The notes below the pieces were generated by a model. It ran no database searches. It was given only the letters and a program-made list of their open reading frames with translations, and was not told the DNA's origin. The translations under genes were made by a program, and so were the position numbers. Positions 9,296 to 18,458 of a stretch of 64,000 nucleotides of DNA are shown here, piece by piece. How positions within the stretch are numbered: position 1 is the first letter of the stretch; the number at the start of each line of letters is the position of its first letter. The stretch lies in sequence record MZ443771.1; one strand, given 5' to 3'.

Positions 9296-10972
9296 TTACT
9301 GACTCAGCGTTGTGGAGGTGCTGCCTGTCGGGTTGATGTTGAAGCGATAGATCAGACGCTTGGTTGTACGCGTCGGGTCCAGCACGATATCCAGAATCAG
9401 ATCGCCGTTAGCGATAGTCTGGTTCGTGTTGTTTGTATCGTCACACACTACGACATAGCCCTGAGAGCCAGAGCTACCACTGCGCAGACCGCGAGCCAGT
9501 TTGATTTCTTCGAGGAACTTCTCAACGATTCCTTTGAGGAAACCGCGAAGAATATCATCGTTCGGATCAAACAGGCCGACTTTGCACGTTCTCTGGCAGA
9601 CTTCGAGGACGTAGCCTACCATACGCTGGATCTGAATCTGCTGGAATGCAGAGTTCATATTGTACTGAGTGCTCGCTTCCCACACAGCGTAACCGCCACC
9701 CATGATAGCAGGCAGTTTACGAATGTAGTTCACTTGCTCACGCGTCATCGCATCACGGTCATCCTGATCGTACTTCTGAGCGATCTCTAAGATGTTCAGT
9801 GGGCTTGACGCAGTAATACCAGCAGGTGCAAACCAGCTACCACGGTTGTTGTCCGTGTACGCAAACACAGCACAGATCTGACCTACACACGCAGTCCACA
9901 GGTAGCGACCGGTATCTTCATCGAAGATTTTAATGTCAGGCGTATACAGTGCCATGTTGCTATCGTTGACGTTCAGAGTCTGACGACGGTAGCGAATCGC
10001 TTTCGACACAGACTGCTCGGCAGATGGAACGCCGCAGATAACGAAGCAGTTGATGTGCGGTGCAGCAGCAGCTTTCATACCACGATGCACGATGTAATCC
10101 TGAGTAGGACTAATCAGCAACGTTACACGCACTTCTTCCGGGTCACCGAAGTATTCCTGATACGCAGCAGCGATCTGGTCGGAACCAACAACGTCACCAT
10201 CAGAGCCACCTTGGAAGAAGATGAAGTCAGACGTGAAGAAGTCAATATCCGTAGTGAAGTACGGGTTGCGAATGAAACGGAAGTTGGAGCTTTCGTTTTC
10301 CATCGCGTGATCGATACGATACTGACGCTCGAACTCATCGGCGTAATCGAACAGGCTGCACTGGTAAGAGTTTACCGGGTTGCTGCCAGCTTGATAGTTC
10401 TCGTATTCGTCGATATAGAACAGTTTCGTGTTATATGACTTACGGTCATCGAATGGGTCAAGGCCGCGTGGCGTAGCAGGACGAATCTGCAATGCCATTT
10501 GGTTGTTCCAGTCGCCTGGGTTTTCCAGAATAACGTAACCGAGGATGTTGTCGTTCAACGGGTCAGTAGGCAGGAAGCCCAGCTGATCAGGAGAATCAAC
10601 ACCAACAACGTCGCCGTTATCATCGGTGTAAGGGGTAATGCGCACTACTGGTTGTACAGCAGACGCGTCATCGACAGTAACCACACCGACCGCGTATTTT
10701 GCGTTCTTAGTGATACGGACGTATTTGAGCTGATTGGTCTGTTCTGACACAGGCAGCGCAAGGTACAAGCCGAGGCCATACTTGGGATCTTTTGCTCCGA
10801 AGATGTTTTTCAAATCATCTTTATTACGCACATCAACACGCTGGTTAACAGGACCGCGACGCGCCTGACCAACAATGCCTACTACTGCCGTAGATAAAGA
10901 CGTTGCACCAACGGAGAGATCCCGTTTGCCAGTATAAACACCAGCAGAGGAATGCGTTGAGTTAACGGGCAT
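9296..10972 (-). CDS. Contractile tail sheath protein
   Basis: 558 aa from MPVNSTHS (AAGGAG RBS 7 nt upstream; ORF-track start at 11062 is too early); sheath motifs GVY, GQARRGPVNQ, WFAPAG, F.PND and I.PT..T. Confidence 0.9.
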   Translation of the reverse strand: MPVNSTHSSAGVYTGKRDLSVGATSLSTAVVGIVGQARRGPVNQRVDVRNKDDLKNIFGAKDPKYGLGLYLALPVSEQTNQLKYVRITKNAKYAVGVVTVDDASAVQPVVRITPYTDDNGDVVGVDSPDQLGFLPTDPLNDNILGYVILENPGDWNNQMALQIRPATPRGLDPFDDRKSYNTKLFYIDEYENYQAGSNPVNSYQCSLFDYADEFERQYRIDHAMENESSNFRFIRNPYFTTDIDFFTSDFIFFQGGSDGDVVGSDQIAAAYQEYFGDPEEVRVTLLISPTQDYIVHRGMKAAAAPHINCFVICGVPSAEQSVSKAIRYRRQTLNVNDSNMALYTPDIKIFDEDTGRYLWTACVGQICAVFAYTDNNRGSWFAPAGITASSPLNILEIAQKYDQDDRDAMTREQVNYIRKLPAIMGGGYAVWEASTQYNMNSAFQQIQIQRMVGYVLEVCQRTCKVGLFDPNDDILRGFLKGIVEKFLEEIKLARGLRSGSSGSQGYVVVCDDTNNTNQTIANGDLILDIVLDPTRTTKRLIYRFNINPTGSTSTTLSQ

Positions 10973-10997
10973 GATTTGTCTCCTTATATGACTGTGT

Positions 10998-11005
10998 GAA
11001 ATTAT
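10998..11005 (-). promoter_or_regulatory. Putative late promoter motif (ATAATTTC)
   Basis: Lies between a terminator and the sheath start, about 27 nt upstream of the ATG. Confidence 0.55.
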
Positions 11006-11026
11006 CGTATAAGCGACAAGAAATGC

Positions 11027-11053
11027 AAAAGGGGCAGCCGAAGCCACCCCTTT
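11027..11053 (-). terminator. Intrinsic terminator (GGGTGGC-TTCG-GCTGCCC family)
   Basis: Stem with UUCG loop plus T-run; the same core recurs at 23119, 37699, 39685 and 52334. Confidence 0.85.
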
Positions 11054-11055
11054 GT

Positions 11056-12111
11056 TTAGCAATCACAACCCACTGAATCAAAATCAAGTTTCAGGCCAGG
11101 ATAGAGTTCATTGAACTCCGACAGCGCAACGTTGAAACCAGCAGCGTTAACGTGACCGTCACCACCTTGTGCGCGAGCAATGGCGCGAGCACTACCTGCA
11201 TCACCATCTGAGTAACCACGAGAGCGACAGCTAACGTAAACACGATCTGGGTCACGATGACCTTTACGCACTAACAGCACTGTCTGGAAGTGATGGTAGT
11301 TTTCGTAGACGTATGTGCCTGTTTCAGACGCGATACCCTTGTCGCACGGAACAACAGCGTGTTTCACCGGAACCAGATGATTGGGTTCAGAGAAGTAGCT
11401 GTTATCTGCGATCATCTGGCGAATCTTTTCGTCACGGATTTCAATGTTCTTGAATCCCTGCTCGATGATTTCTTCAACATTACCAGTCAGGATGATCTTG
11501 TGTGCAGCGCGAACGGTAGGAGGCATTTCAGTGTAGATATGACCACACTTCTCAACCTCTTTGAATACCGTGTCAACGTAACCTTCGTAGAATGCGAACG
11601 CACGTTTGTTTGTGCGAATCCACAGGTCACGGTCAGACACCAGCTGGGCGATGCGAATGATGTTGTCAGTGCAAGCGTACTGGTGTTGCTGGAAGTCAGA
11701 CACATGCGCCATGTACGCAAGCAACGCACCACTGCCACCAGCGGCAAACGTTAACTGACTCGGGCTGACGTCAAGGGCAGCACACTCTTTCGCGTACAGA
11801 GCAGCATCGCGGCAGTCATGGTGGTCAAGCACCTTGAAGTTACCGTGATAGCGACTGGTGAACAGTGCCATTTGACGCTCGGATAAAGAGAAGTCAACTA
11901 CAACAACGCGTTTATACAGCGCATCTTTACCGCCTTCGAGTCCGGGGATGTCTTCGATTCGGACATAATCAGCGGTAACTATATCCCCTTGGTCTTGTGC
12001 ATAGACGGCAGGGAGGAAGTGGATCGTATCGTTGGGATACGCAAGTGCTGTAATGGCAGCGGCGAAACTACCATCAGCACATCCTTGATGATAAACAACA
12101 AGTGTAGTCAT
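11056..12111 (-). CDS. DHH/DHHA1 phosphoesterase (NrnB-like)
   Basis: VYHQGCADG, VVVDFS, LDHH and C-terminal GGDGHVNAAGF motifs. Confidence 0.85.
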   Translation of the reverse strand: MTTLVVYHQGCADGSFAAAITALAYPNDTIHFLPAVYAQDQGDIVTADYVRIEDIPGLEGGKDALYKRVVVVDFSLSERQMALFTSRYHGNFKVLDHHDCRDAALYAKECAALDVSPSQLTFAAGGSGALLAYMAHVSDFQQHQYACTDNIIRIAQLVSDRDLWIRTNKRAFAFYEGYVDTVFKEVEKCGHIYTEMPPTVRAAHKIILTGNVEEIIEQGFKNIEIRDEKIRQMIADNSYFSEPNHLVPVKHAVVPCDKGIASETGTYVYENYHHFQTVLLVRKGHRDPDRVYVSCRSRGYSDGDAGSARAIARAQGGDGHVNAAGFNVALSEFNELYPGLKLDFDSVGCDC

Positions 12112-12113
12112 GA

Positions 12114-12983
12114 CTAAACCCAGTGGTTATTAGAATTGTTTCCAGATTGGGCACCACGCGCATGAGCGATCATTTGGCGTAGCCCCTCCAACGTCTGCTC
12201 CAGAGTCACTCGGTAGTTCTCGTCGGCAACGGTCTCACCGTAATGGAAAGCCATAGTGAATAGCTGCCACTCGTTTGATTGGCGCAAGGCTTGCATCTTA
12301 CGGTAGAGGTTTTCACGGCGCTCACGAGCACGTAACAGGCGCTGAATTAAATTAAGAGGTTCGTGAGATTTTGCACACAATTCGATATGAATTAGGTCAA
12401 GACCTTCGTAGTCCAGACGAGCAACAGCCTGCTTTGCATTCAGGAACAACTCACGGCGGCGAAGCTGTTCATCGTCGGACAGATTGCGGCATTTATCAGG
12501 ATGCGTCATACGCGCGATTGCTTTGTAGATCGCCTTGCATTTACGAATAAGTTCAGCGCGGGACCAGCGTTCGTGCTCTGCCTGTGTATCGGCATCAGCT
12601 TCGTTATCACGCGTTTCGTGGTCAGTGTCTTCCTGCTCGAAGTTATCGTCCAGCAGCTTCTGCAAATCTTCCGCATTGGCCTTATCTTCAAGGTCATCGG
12701 ACTCTGCCATGTTGATGAGCAGCGCTTGCAGTTCTGCGTTAGCTCGCTCAATCTCCATGATTAGAGGTTTGTTGTTTTTGTTCAGCTTGTCAACGATTTT
12801 GGTAACACGCTCGCAGTCAGCACTGTAGCGCAGTTCAAGCGCCGCTACTTCTTCCAGGATTTCTTCGAGTGTCTCACCGCCCTCAGATTCAAGGGCTTCA
12901 AACTCGGCTTCTTCGTCAAATGCGACATCCGAGATGATCAGTGCGGTTTGTTGAGGGATAACCATCAACTGAGTATTTGTCAT
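12114..12983 (-). CDS. J-domain (DnaJ-type co-chaperone) protein with an acidic coiled-coil N-terminus
   Basis: KAIYKAIARMTHPDK contains the J-domain HPD motif in its expected helical context. Confidence 0.75.
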   Translation of the reverse strand: MTNTQLMVIPQQTALIISDVAFDEEAEFEALESEGGETLEEILEEVAALELRYSADCERVTKIVDKLNKNNKPLIMEIERANAELQALLINMAESDDLEDKANAEDLQKLLDDNFEQEDTDHETRDNEADADTQAEHERWSRAELIRKCKAIYKAIARMTHPDKCRNLSDDEQLRRRELFLNAKQAVARLDYEGLDLIHIELCAKSHEPLNLIQRLLRARERRENLYRKMQALRQSNEWQLFTMAFHYGETVADENYRVTLEQTLEGLRQMIAHARGAQSGNNSNNHWV

Positions 12984-13174
12984 GGGCGAGTCAGCTCCGA
13001 AAGTGGTTTAGCTACCAGCTCTGCAATGCGCTGCGGGCACTGTGGGTTGCGCTTCAAGTTCTTGTGCAACCAATGCAAGTTGTTACCTGACGCAGACACC
13101 TCAGCACGGAAGCTAGGCAGTTTAAGTGCGTCACGATGTTCGGCCAACAGTGCATTCAGTTCATTCAGTAACAT
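12980..13174 (-). CDS. Hypothetical protein
   Basis: 64 aa, overlaps the neighbouring start/stop. Confidence 0.6.
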   Translation of the reverse strand: MLLNELNALLAEHRDALKLPSFRAEVSASGNNLHWLHKNLKRNPQCPQRIAELVAKPLSELTRP

Positions 13175-13183
13175 TGTTTTTCC

Positions 13184-13804
13184 TTAAAGAGAAGAAGTCA
13201 TGAGTTCGAGAACGTTTGAAACTACATGCGCAGGACCGATTGAAATTCCAGTGTGCGCCTGTAGATGAATACGTTTGGTGAAAAGCTCTAACGGGTCAGG
13301 ACCGCCACCAGTAACTACGATGCGCGGTATCTTGGGAAACATCTCAAGAATATCACGCAGTCGTTCAATCTTATAGCTTGTGCTGTCCATCGTTACGTTG
13401 GTCAACACTAACAATGACGGTCGCTTGCTTTTGAGTTGTTCGTAGTCGAAGCGATCACCATACAGCGTTACCCAGCGAGGCTTGAGTGCAGTTGCCTCGC
13501 TATCCTCTACAGCAGCATTGAAGATATTCAGCGCTGCCATTTTCGCACGGTAGTCATTCGGAAAACTACTAATCACCGTAATGCGTGGGTCCATTGCGAA
13601 TGGGTTTGTAATCATCTTGGCTAAGTGTTGAAGTTGTTTTGTCTTCGAGAACACTTTGCCTTTAAAGTAAGGAGACAGCGGCTTATAGTCCTGCGCTGCC
13701 TCTACTACGTCGAAGGTTTCACGTTTGCCAAACAGCAGCTGGGGGTCTACACCAAGCGTCTGCATTTGCTTTGCCGCAGCAGGTTCAAAATCGAATGTTA
13801 ACAC
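13184..13804 (-). CDS. DnaC/IstB-like helicase-loader fold with degenerate ATPase motifs
   Basis: SLLVLTNV...KIERLRDILE...PRIVVTG mirrors the DLLILDDL...RLYEIIN...PTIITSN pattern; no intact Walker A. Confidence 0.45.
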   Translation of the reverse strand: MLTFDFEPAAAKQMQTLGVDPQLLFGKRETFDVVEAAQDYKPLSPYFKGKVFSKTKQLQHLAKMITNPFAMDPRITVISSFPNDYRAKMAALNIFNAAVEDSEATALKPRWVTLYGDRFDYEQLKSKRPSLLVLTNVTMDSTSYKIERLRDILEMFPKIPRIVVTGGGPDPLELFTKRIHLQAHTGISIGPAHVVSNVLELMTSSL

Positions 13805-13821
13805 AATACCCTCCGTTATTC

Positions 13822-14160
13822 TTATTGGGTATTTACAGAATCCAGAACTTCTTGTACTACCTTAAATTTGACTTCCATGCGCTTAAAATCAGGCAAAGAG
13901 CGATGCCCATATCCTGGGTACAGTTCAGCGAATTTCGAATCGACAGATTGTGGGACGATCTCGGCCTGAATAGACTCAAACAAGACTACGTTCGGTAAAT
14001 GGAGAACACCAGCAACGACAAAATCCTCAATCACAGGTTTAGCCTTAGAGTCGCGTTCGTAGCGCTTGCACATATTGTTCATGTGCGCTTCGATAGCATC
14101 GACAACTCTGCGAGCCAAAACATCTGGCAGATTAAGATCATAGACAGTCGAATATTGCAT
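13822..14160 (-). CDS. Hypothetical protein
   Basis: 112 aa with GGAG RBS, in the gene-dense minus-strand run. Confidence 0.65.
   Translation of the reverse strand: MQYSTVYDLNLPDVLARRVVDAIEAHMNNMCKRYERDSKAKPVIEDFVVAGVLHLPNVVLFESIQAEIVPQSVDSKFAELYPGYGHRSLPDFKRMEVKFKVVQEVLDSVNTQ
13830..13838 (-). promoter_or_regulatory. Putative replication-class promoter motif (CTGTAAATA)
   Basis: Recurrent motif, 26 nt upstream of 13804. Confidence 0.55.
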
Positions 14161-14176
14161 GGTGTTCTCCTAGTTA

Positions 14177-14545
14177 TTACATCAGTGGCATTTGCGGATC
14201 GACATACGTGTATTCAAACACGATGTTCCAACCAGATGCAGTTTGTTTGTTTTCGTGGAAGCGGAATCCATAGAACATCAGAATACCGCGATGACCAGCA
14301 AGCGTAGGCTCGTACTCAGTGTAAGCTGTTTCGAGTTTCATCTTGGCTGCGATGCTTTCTGACCAGGCATCGAAATCGAACGGACCCTCAGGAACTTCCC
14401 AAGAGACTGTATGCTTAGGCCAGTGAGAGGCTTGCATGTCAGTGTCTTTAGAAATCCAGTCAAGGTGATTCAGGTCCATGTGATACGCGACAGCGCGAGG
14501 GATGCCGTGCTCGGTCATGTAACGCTGCAATTGATCAAGACGCAT
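14177..14545 (-). CDS. Hypothetical protein
   Basis: 122 aa, tightly packed. Confidence 0.65.
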   Translation of the reverse strand: MRLDQLQRYMTEHGIPRAVAYHMDLNHLDWISKDTDMQASHWPKHTVSWEVPEGPFDFDAWSESIAAKMKLETAYTEYEPTLAGHRGILMFYGFRFHENKQTASGWNIVFEYTYVDPQMPLM

Positions 14546-14882
14546 TGCATGTTTCCTTAATGTTGCGTGGGAATGCAGTCACATTGATGAGCGTTGTGTC
14601 TGCTTGGTGTTCGTGCGGCATACTTTCATGCGACACAATCCAAACATTTGTCACTTCAAGTTTGTTGCGCAGTGCAAGCAACAGGTGAGAAGCAATCGAA
14701 ATAGGATGGACATAGTTGGACACAGTGATAGAGACAGCAACTGCCTCAGCCTCATGTGTCTTTTCTTTTCCATCCCATAGTTCAACGCTCATGGACTGAC
14801 GGGCGGCCTCACTCTTTAGCGTGTCCATATCGAGAGTGTGGTGTAAACGCTCTTTCATTTTAAACTCCGTATAGTCTGACAA
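14535..14882 (-). CDS. Hypothetical protein
   Basis: 115 aa; TTG start uncertain. Confidence 0.55.
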   Translation of the reverse strand: MSDYTEFKMKERLHHTLDMDTLKSEAARQSMSVELWDGKEKTHEAEAVAVSITVSNYVHPISIASHLLLALRNKLEVTNVWIVSHESMPHEHQADTTLINVTAFPRNIKETCNAS

Positions 14883-14898
14883 AGAGACAGTCTATAAA

Positions 14899-15390
14899 TT
14901 AGAGAGCGAGACCCTTCAGGAGCAGACGGGCAGCAGCCGTGAACTGTTTCTTTTTCAGATCAGGCAACTTGTTGTAACGGTCGATGATGTCAGCAAGACC
15001 GATATCGTTTTCATCATCGATCACGTTTTCTTCATCGTCCACATAGCGACCTTCTTGACCAGCAACACCAGTATCACCCTTCTGCCAGTTAGCTTTAGTA
15101 ACAGTCAACAGGAAGCTGCCACGGCATTCTTCTTTATGGCCGCCGATAGTGACAGGCAAACGAACCATAGTGTGAGTGAGGTCTGCAATGCGCTGCACAG
15201 CAACGCCATCAGGATAGGAGGCAAACACATTAGACAGATCGATATCTGCCATATTGCCCGGCGCAGGTGACTTAAGGACGAAATTCACACGGAATGTTTC
15301 GCCGCCATTAACATCATACTGTCCGTCCATGAGGACTTTCTCATTAGCACGGAGCGTATTGACAACAACTGTCTGAACAGGATCAAACAT
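14899..15390 (-). CDS. Hypothetical protein
   Basis: 163 aa, tightly packed. Confidence 0.65.
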   Translation of the reverse strand: MFDPVQTVVVNTLRANEKVLMDGQYDVNGGETFRVNFVLKSPAPGNMADIDLSNVFASYPDGVAVQRIADLTHTMVRLPVTIGGHKEECRGSFLLTVTKANWQKGDTGVAGQEGRYVDDEENVIDDENDIGLADIIDRYNKLPDLKKKQFTAAARLLLKGLAL

Positions 15391-15392
15391 GA

Positions 15393-15875
15393 TTACTTCC
15401 TCAGGTAGTCCGCCAGCATAGCAATGTGATTGCTAATCATTTTCTTCTGGTCAGGGGTGAGTTGACTGTACGGCGGCAGGTCAGGATAGACGCCCTGCAT
15501 AGCCAGATAGGTTGTCTGTATGTCTGCCTCTGGGCGCTTGCCGACACAGAACACACAGTCTTTGAATATATACGAAGGCGGGCAACCGAATGGCGCTTCG
15601 ATAACTTCAACCCTATCGCAAGACACGAGCATCAAGCAGTTACCGAAAGTTTTGATCACGTCTTTCAGCCCAACAACTTTCAGCTTCTCGTAAGTAGCAT
15701 CAATCAAGCTGGTGGCTGCACCCTCGATAGAAACGTTAACTGTCACGTCAAGTGTTGCTGTAGCAGCACCAAGAACAGATTGGTTAACGAGGACGATGCC
15801 CTCCTCCGTGAGGGCACGACGCAGTATAGCTTCGAAGCCACTCTGCGGTTTAGGTTTTACTTCATGAAGATTCAT
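15393..15875 (-). CDS. Hypothetical protein
   Basis: 160 aa, start overlaps the upstream stop. Confidence 0.65.
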   Translation of the reverse strand: MNLHEVKPKPQSGFEAILRRALTEEGIVLVNQSVLGAATATLDVTVNVSIEGAATSLIDATYEKLKVVGLKDVIKTFGNCLMLVSCDRVEVIEAPFGCPPSYIFKDCVFCVGKRPEADIQTTYLAMQGVYPDLPPYSQLTPDQKKMISNHIAMLADYLRK

Positions 15876-17476
15876 CAGAATCGCCTCATGCCTAAGTTAG
15901 AAGGCTGGCCTTTGACTTTCGCTTCCGGTTCGAAGTAGTCAGGCAGCTCACTATCAAGCGCCTCACTTCTCGACACAACTCCCATCCAGTCACGCAGTTT
16001 CTTCGGTGTACGCTTCGCTTTCGCATACCCGAACTTCCAGCACATCTTGAGAACGGAACGAGCACACTGCATCGAGCGATCCATCTTCGGATCAATGAAC
16101 ATACGAATAACAGGTGTGCGCTTGTTTTCCATCGGCGTCAGAATACGACACGATTCCTGTTTCCAGTTCGGTTCGTTATTCATCGGCATGATGTAGTACA
16201 GCGTGTCCCACTTAGGAACGTTCAGGCCGCGCTGCATCAGCTTGCGCATACCCACAACGCAGCGTATCTTACCTGCTCGCGCTGCATCAATGATAGGCTT
16301 ACGCTTCTTCGCTTCTTTCGCACCGCCAAGGAACACAGCAGCAACTTCATCCATGTAATGCTCATTGATACGCTGCACAAGACGTCTGGCCTGATCAGTG
16401 AACATGATTGGGATTGCGATACTTCGACCAGCATCGAGGTCTTTGATAATCCATTCAAAGATCTTATCGTTACGGTCTGGATGGTTCGCAAGGAACTTAC
16501 AGAATCGCACCCAACCACTTTTGTTGTTATAGTTCGCTTTCGACTGCACTCGGTTCGAAGTCTTATGCAACGTTACTTTCGGCACAAGCTCCTCAACGAA
16601 CGCTTCGGCAATCACAGGCCCGAAGATAGATTCAATCAGGTAGTGACGACCGTCTTTACGCTTCGGTGTTGCAGTCAGACCAAAACGATACTTCATTTTG
16701 AGCGATGCCAGTACGCGGCTATAACAGCTTGCGTTACCAGCATGACACTCATCGACGAACAGCGTACCGTAGTTCTCGTTCAGCAACTTGAGTCGCTTCT
16801 TCGAGTTCTTACTGTCAGAGATCAGAGACTGATAGGTCACGAGGATAATCTGGAAGTTTTTATAATCGTCCAGAGTCTTCGGGAACCCGTACAGCTTCTT
16901 ACCGTGCTTCTCTTCCAGCTCAGGCAAGTTCGTCATCGCTTCGATAGTCTCTAAGAAACCATCAAGGAAGTCTTTCTGGTCTGCCATAATGACAGTGCGG
17001 AAACCAGAGTGACATGCACCAGCAGTACCGATAACAGTCTTACCAGAACGAGGCGGTGCTTTGAATACACCACACAGTTCGCCGAACATCTTCTCGAACG
17101 GTTCTTCCTGATACTCACGCAGCTTACCAGTGAACTTCACTTTATAATCATACGGCACACGGCTCGTACCGTTGACGAACTTCACTTCTTTCAGGCTTAG
17201 CCCTGCTGTCTTTTCGAAGCGGTGCATCTCACCATACGGGATTGACACATAACGCTTACCCTTAATCTCAGAGTATTTGGCCAGCACGGTTATATCAAGC
17301 AGACCGCCCTTAGAACATTGACGACATTCTTCGGACGGTCGTATAGAACGATACTCACAGTTCTTGCACACGGCATTTTCGAACTCATAGTGAGTCATCT
17401 TCTTGATGATGTTGTCAGCGTCTACAACCTTAACTGGAATGTGCAGACGGCTATCGACCAATACTTTGGCAGTCAC
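15875..17476 (-). CDS. Superfamily 2 DNA helicase (UvsW-like)
   Basis: APPRSGKT (motif I), DECH (II), GLTATP (III), RGLNVP (V); N-terminal CxxC...CxxC. Confidence 0.9.
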   Translation of the reverse strand: MTAKVLVDSRLHIPVKVVDADNIIKKMTHYEFENAVCKNCEYRSIRPSEECRQCSKGGLLDITVLAKYSEIKGKRYVSIPYGEMHRFEKTAGLSLKEVKFVNGTSRVPYDYKVKFTGKLREYQEEPFEKMFGELCGVFKAPPRSGKTVIGTAGACHSGFRTVIMADQKDFLDGFLETIEAMTNLPELEEKHGKKLYGFPKTLDDYKNFQIILVTYQSLISDSKNSKKRLKLLNENYGTLFVDECHAGNASCYSRVLASLKMKYRFGLTATPKRKDGRHYLIESIFGPVIAEAFVEELVPKVTLHKTSNRVQSKANYNNKSGWVRFCKFLANHPDRNDKIFEWIIKDLDAGRSIAIPIMFTDQARRLVQRINEHYMDEVAAVFLGGAKEAKKRKPIIDAARAGKIRCVVGMRKLMQRGLNVPKWDTLYYIMPMNNEPNWKQESCRILTPMENKRTPVIRMFIDPKMDRSMQCARSVLKMCWKFGYAKAKRTPKKLRDWMGVVSRSEALDSELPDYFEPEAKVKGQPSNLGMRRF

Positions 17477-17478
17477 AT

Positions 17479-18024
17479 CTATTTCCTTGAGTTCGGGAGA
17501 CCGTATTCACGCTGATTGATAAGGCTCATCGTATCAACGAGTGCGCGGTAAGCAAACCCACACTTGTCAATGTCCTTGATATACAGGTCAAGCTCTTCCT
17601 TGAGCATCCCCAGCTGATCAGCGTAACGATAATACTCGGCCATAATGTTTCTGACACAGCGCTCACGTTCTTTCGCAGCGCCGACGGCTTTCAGATCTTT
17701 CGCATACGTGACCGAGGCGTAGTCCTGAAATCTCTCCAGCATATCATTTAACAGTTTTGAGGCTGTATGGATGTGCGTCAGGATCTCAGTCATACGGCTT
17801 CGGTACGATTGATCTTGAATTATCGACTCTGCAACCTTGTTCAGAGAGTTAGGGTCAGAGACATTGAGCGTTCTGACCTTACGCATCTTGAACAGCTTAC
17901 GCGCTTCATCCTGCAACTCTGCCAAAGGCTGCTGGAAGATATCGTTGGTCTTATAGATATCGCGTAGCTTTTTGTAGCGCTTGTCGTTCTTGACCTTTAA
18001 TCGGATTCGCTTTAGGTCGTCCAT
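17479..18024 (-). CDS. Helical/coiled-coil hypothetical protein (possible UvsY-like mediator)
   Basis: 181 aa, all-helical, next to a UvsW-like helicase as uvsY is in T4; no diagnostic motif. Confidence 0.3.
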   Translation of the reverse strand: MDDLKRIRLKVKNDKRYKKLRDIYKTNDIFQQPLAELQDEARKLFKMRKVRTLNVSDPNSLNKVAESIIQDQSYRSRMTEILTHIHTASKLLNDMLERFQDYASVTYAKDLKAVGAAKERERCVRNIMAEYYRYADQLGMLKEELDLYIKDIDKCGFAYRALVDTMSLINQREYGLPNSRK

Positions 18025-18458
18025 TAATCACCTTTATCAGTTACAAGCAGAGGGCTATCTGGCGTCTTGTTTGGCATTGCAAAGAAACTGCCGTGGTTGT
18101 CTTGATAGATCAACAGACCGCCAGAAGGACCTTCAATAGGGCAGGTGAAGTTGAATAACTTTTCGAGTGGCGGCATATAGCCTACAGACACATCGTTAAA
18201 CGTACACCACTTCGCGGAGATTTCAAGCAACGAACCAACGACTGTATCGGCAAGACGCAGATACGATTGCTTGAAGTGATAGCCGTGTTCGATTGGTGCG
18301 ACGCTATCAATCTCAAGCGAGTCACCATACACAGCTTTATAAATCAGACAGAAACGACGACGCCCACGCGGGGCATTAGGTATTTCATACAGTACATCAT
18401 GTATGAGTGATGAAACGTCCCCAACGAGGACGTTTTTCTTTACTACCAGATCAATCAT
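18024..18458 (-). CDS. Hypothetical protein
   Basis: 144 aa, translationally coupled to neighbours. Confidence 0.65.
   Translation of the reverse strand: MIDLVVKKNVLVGDVSSLIHDVLYEIPNAPRGRRRFCLIYKAVYGDSLEIDSVAPIEHGYHFKQSYLRLADTVVGSLLEISAKWCTFNDVSVGYMPPLEKLFNFTCPIEGPSGGLLIYQDNHGSFFAMPNKTPDSPLLVTDKGD

Noticed and set aside
14895-14902. CTAATTTA as a late promoter
   Set aside because: It overlaps the TAA stop of 14899..15390 within an accessory run and is explained by the stop codon.
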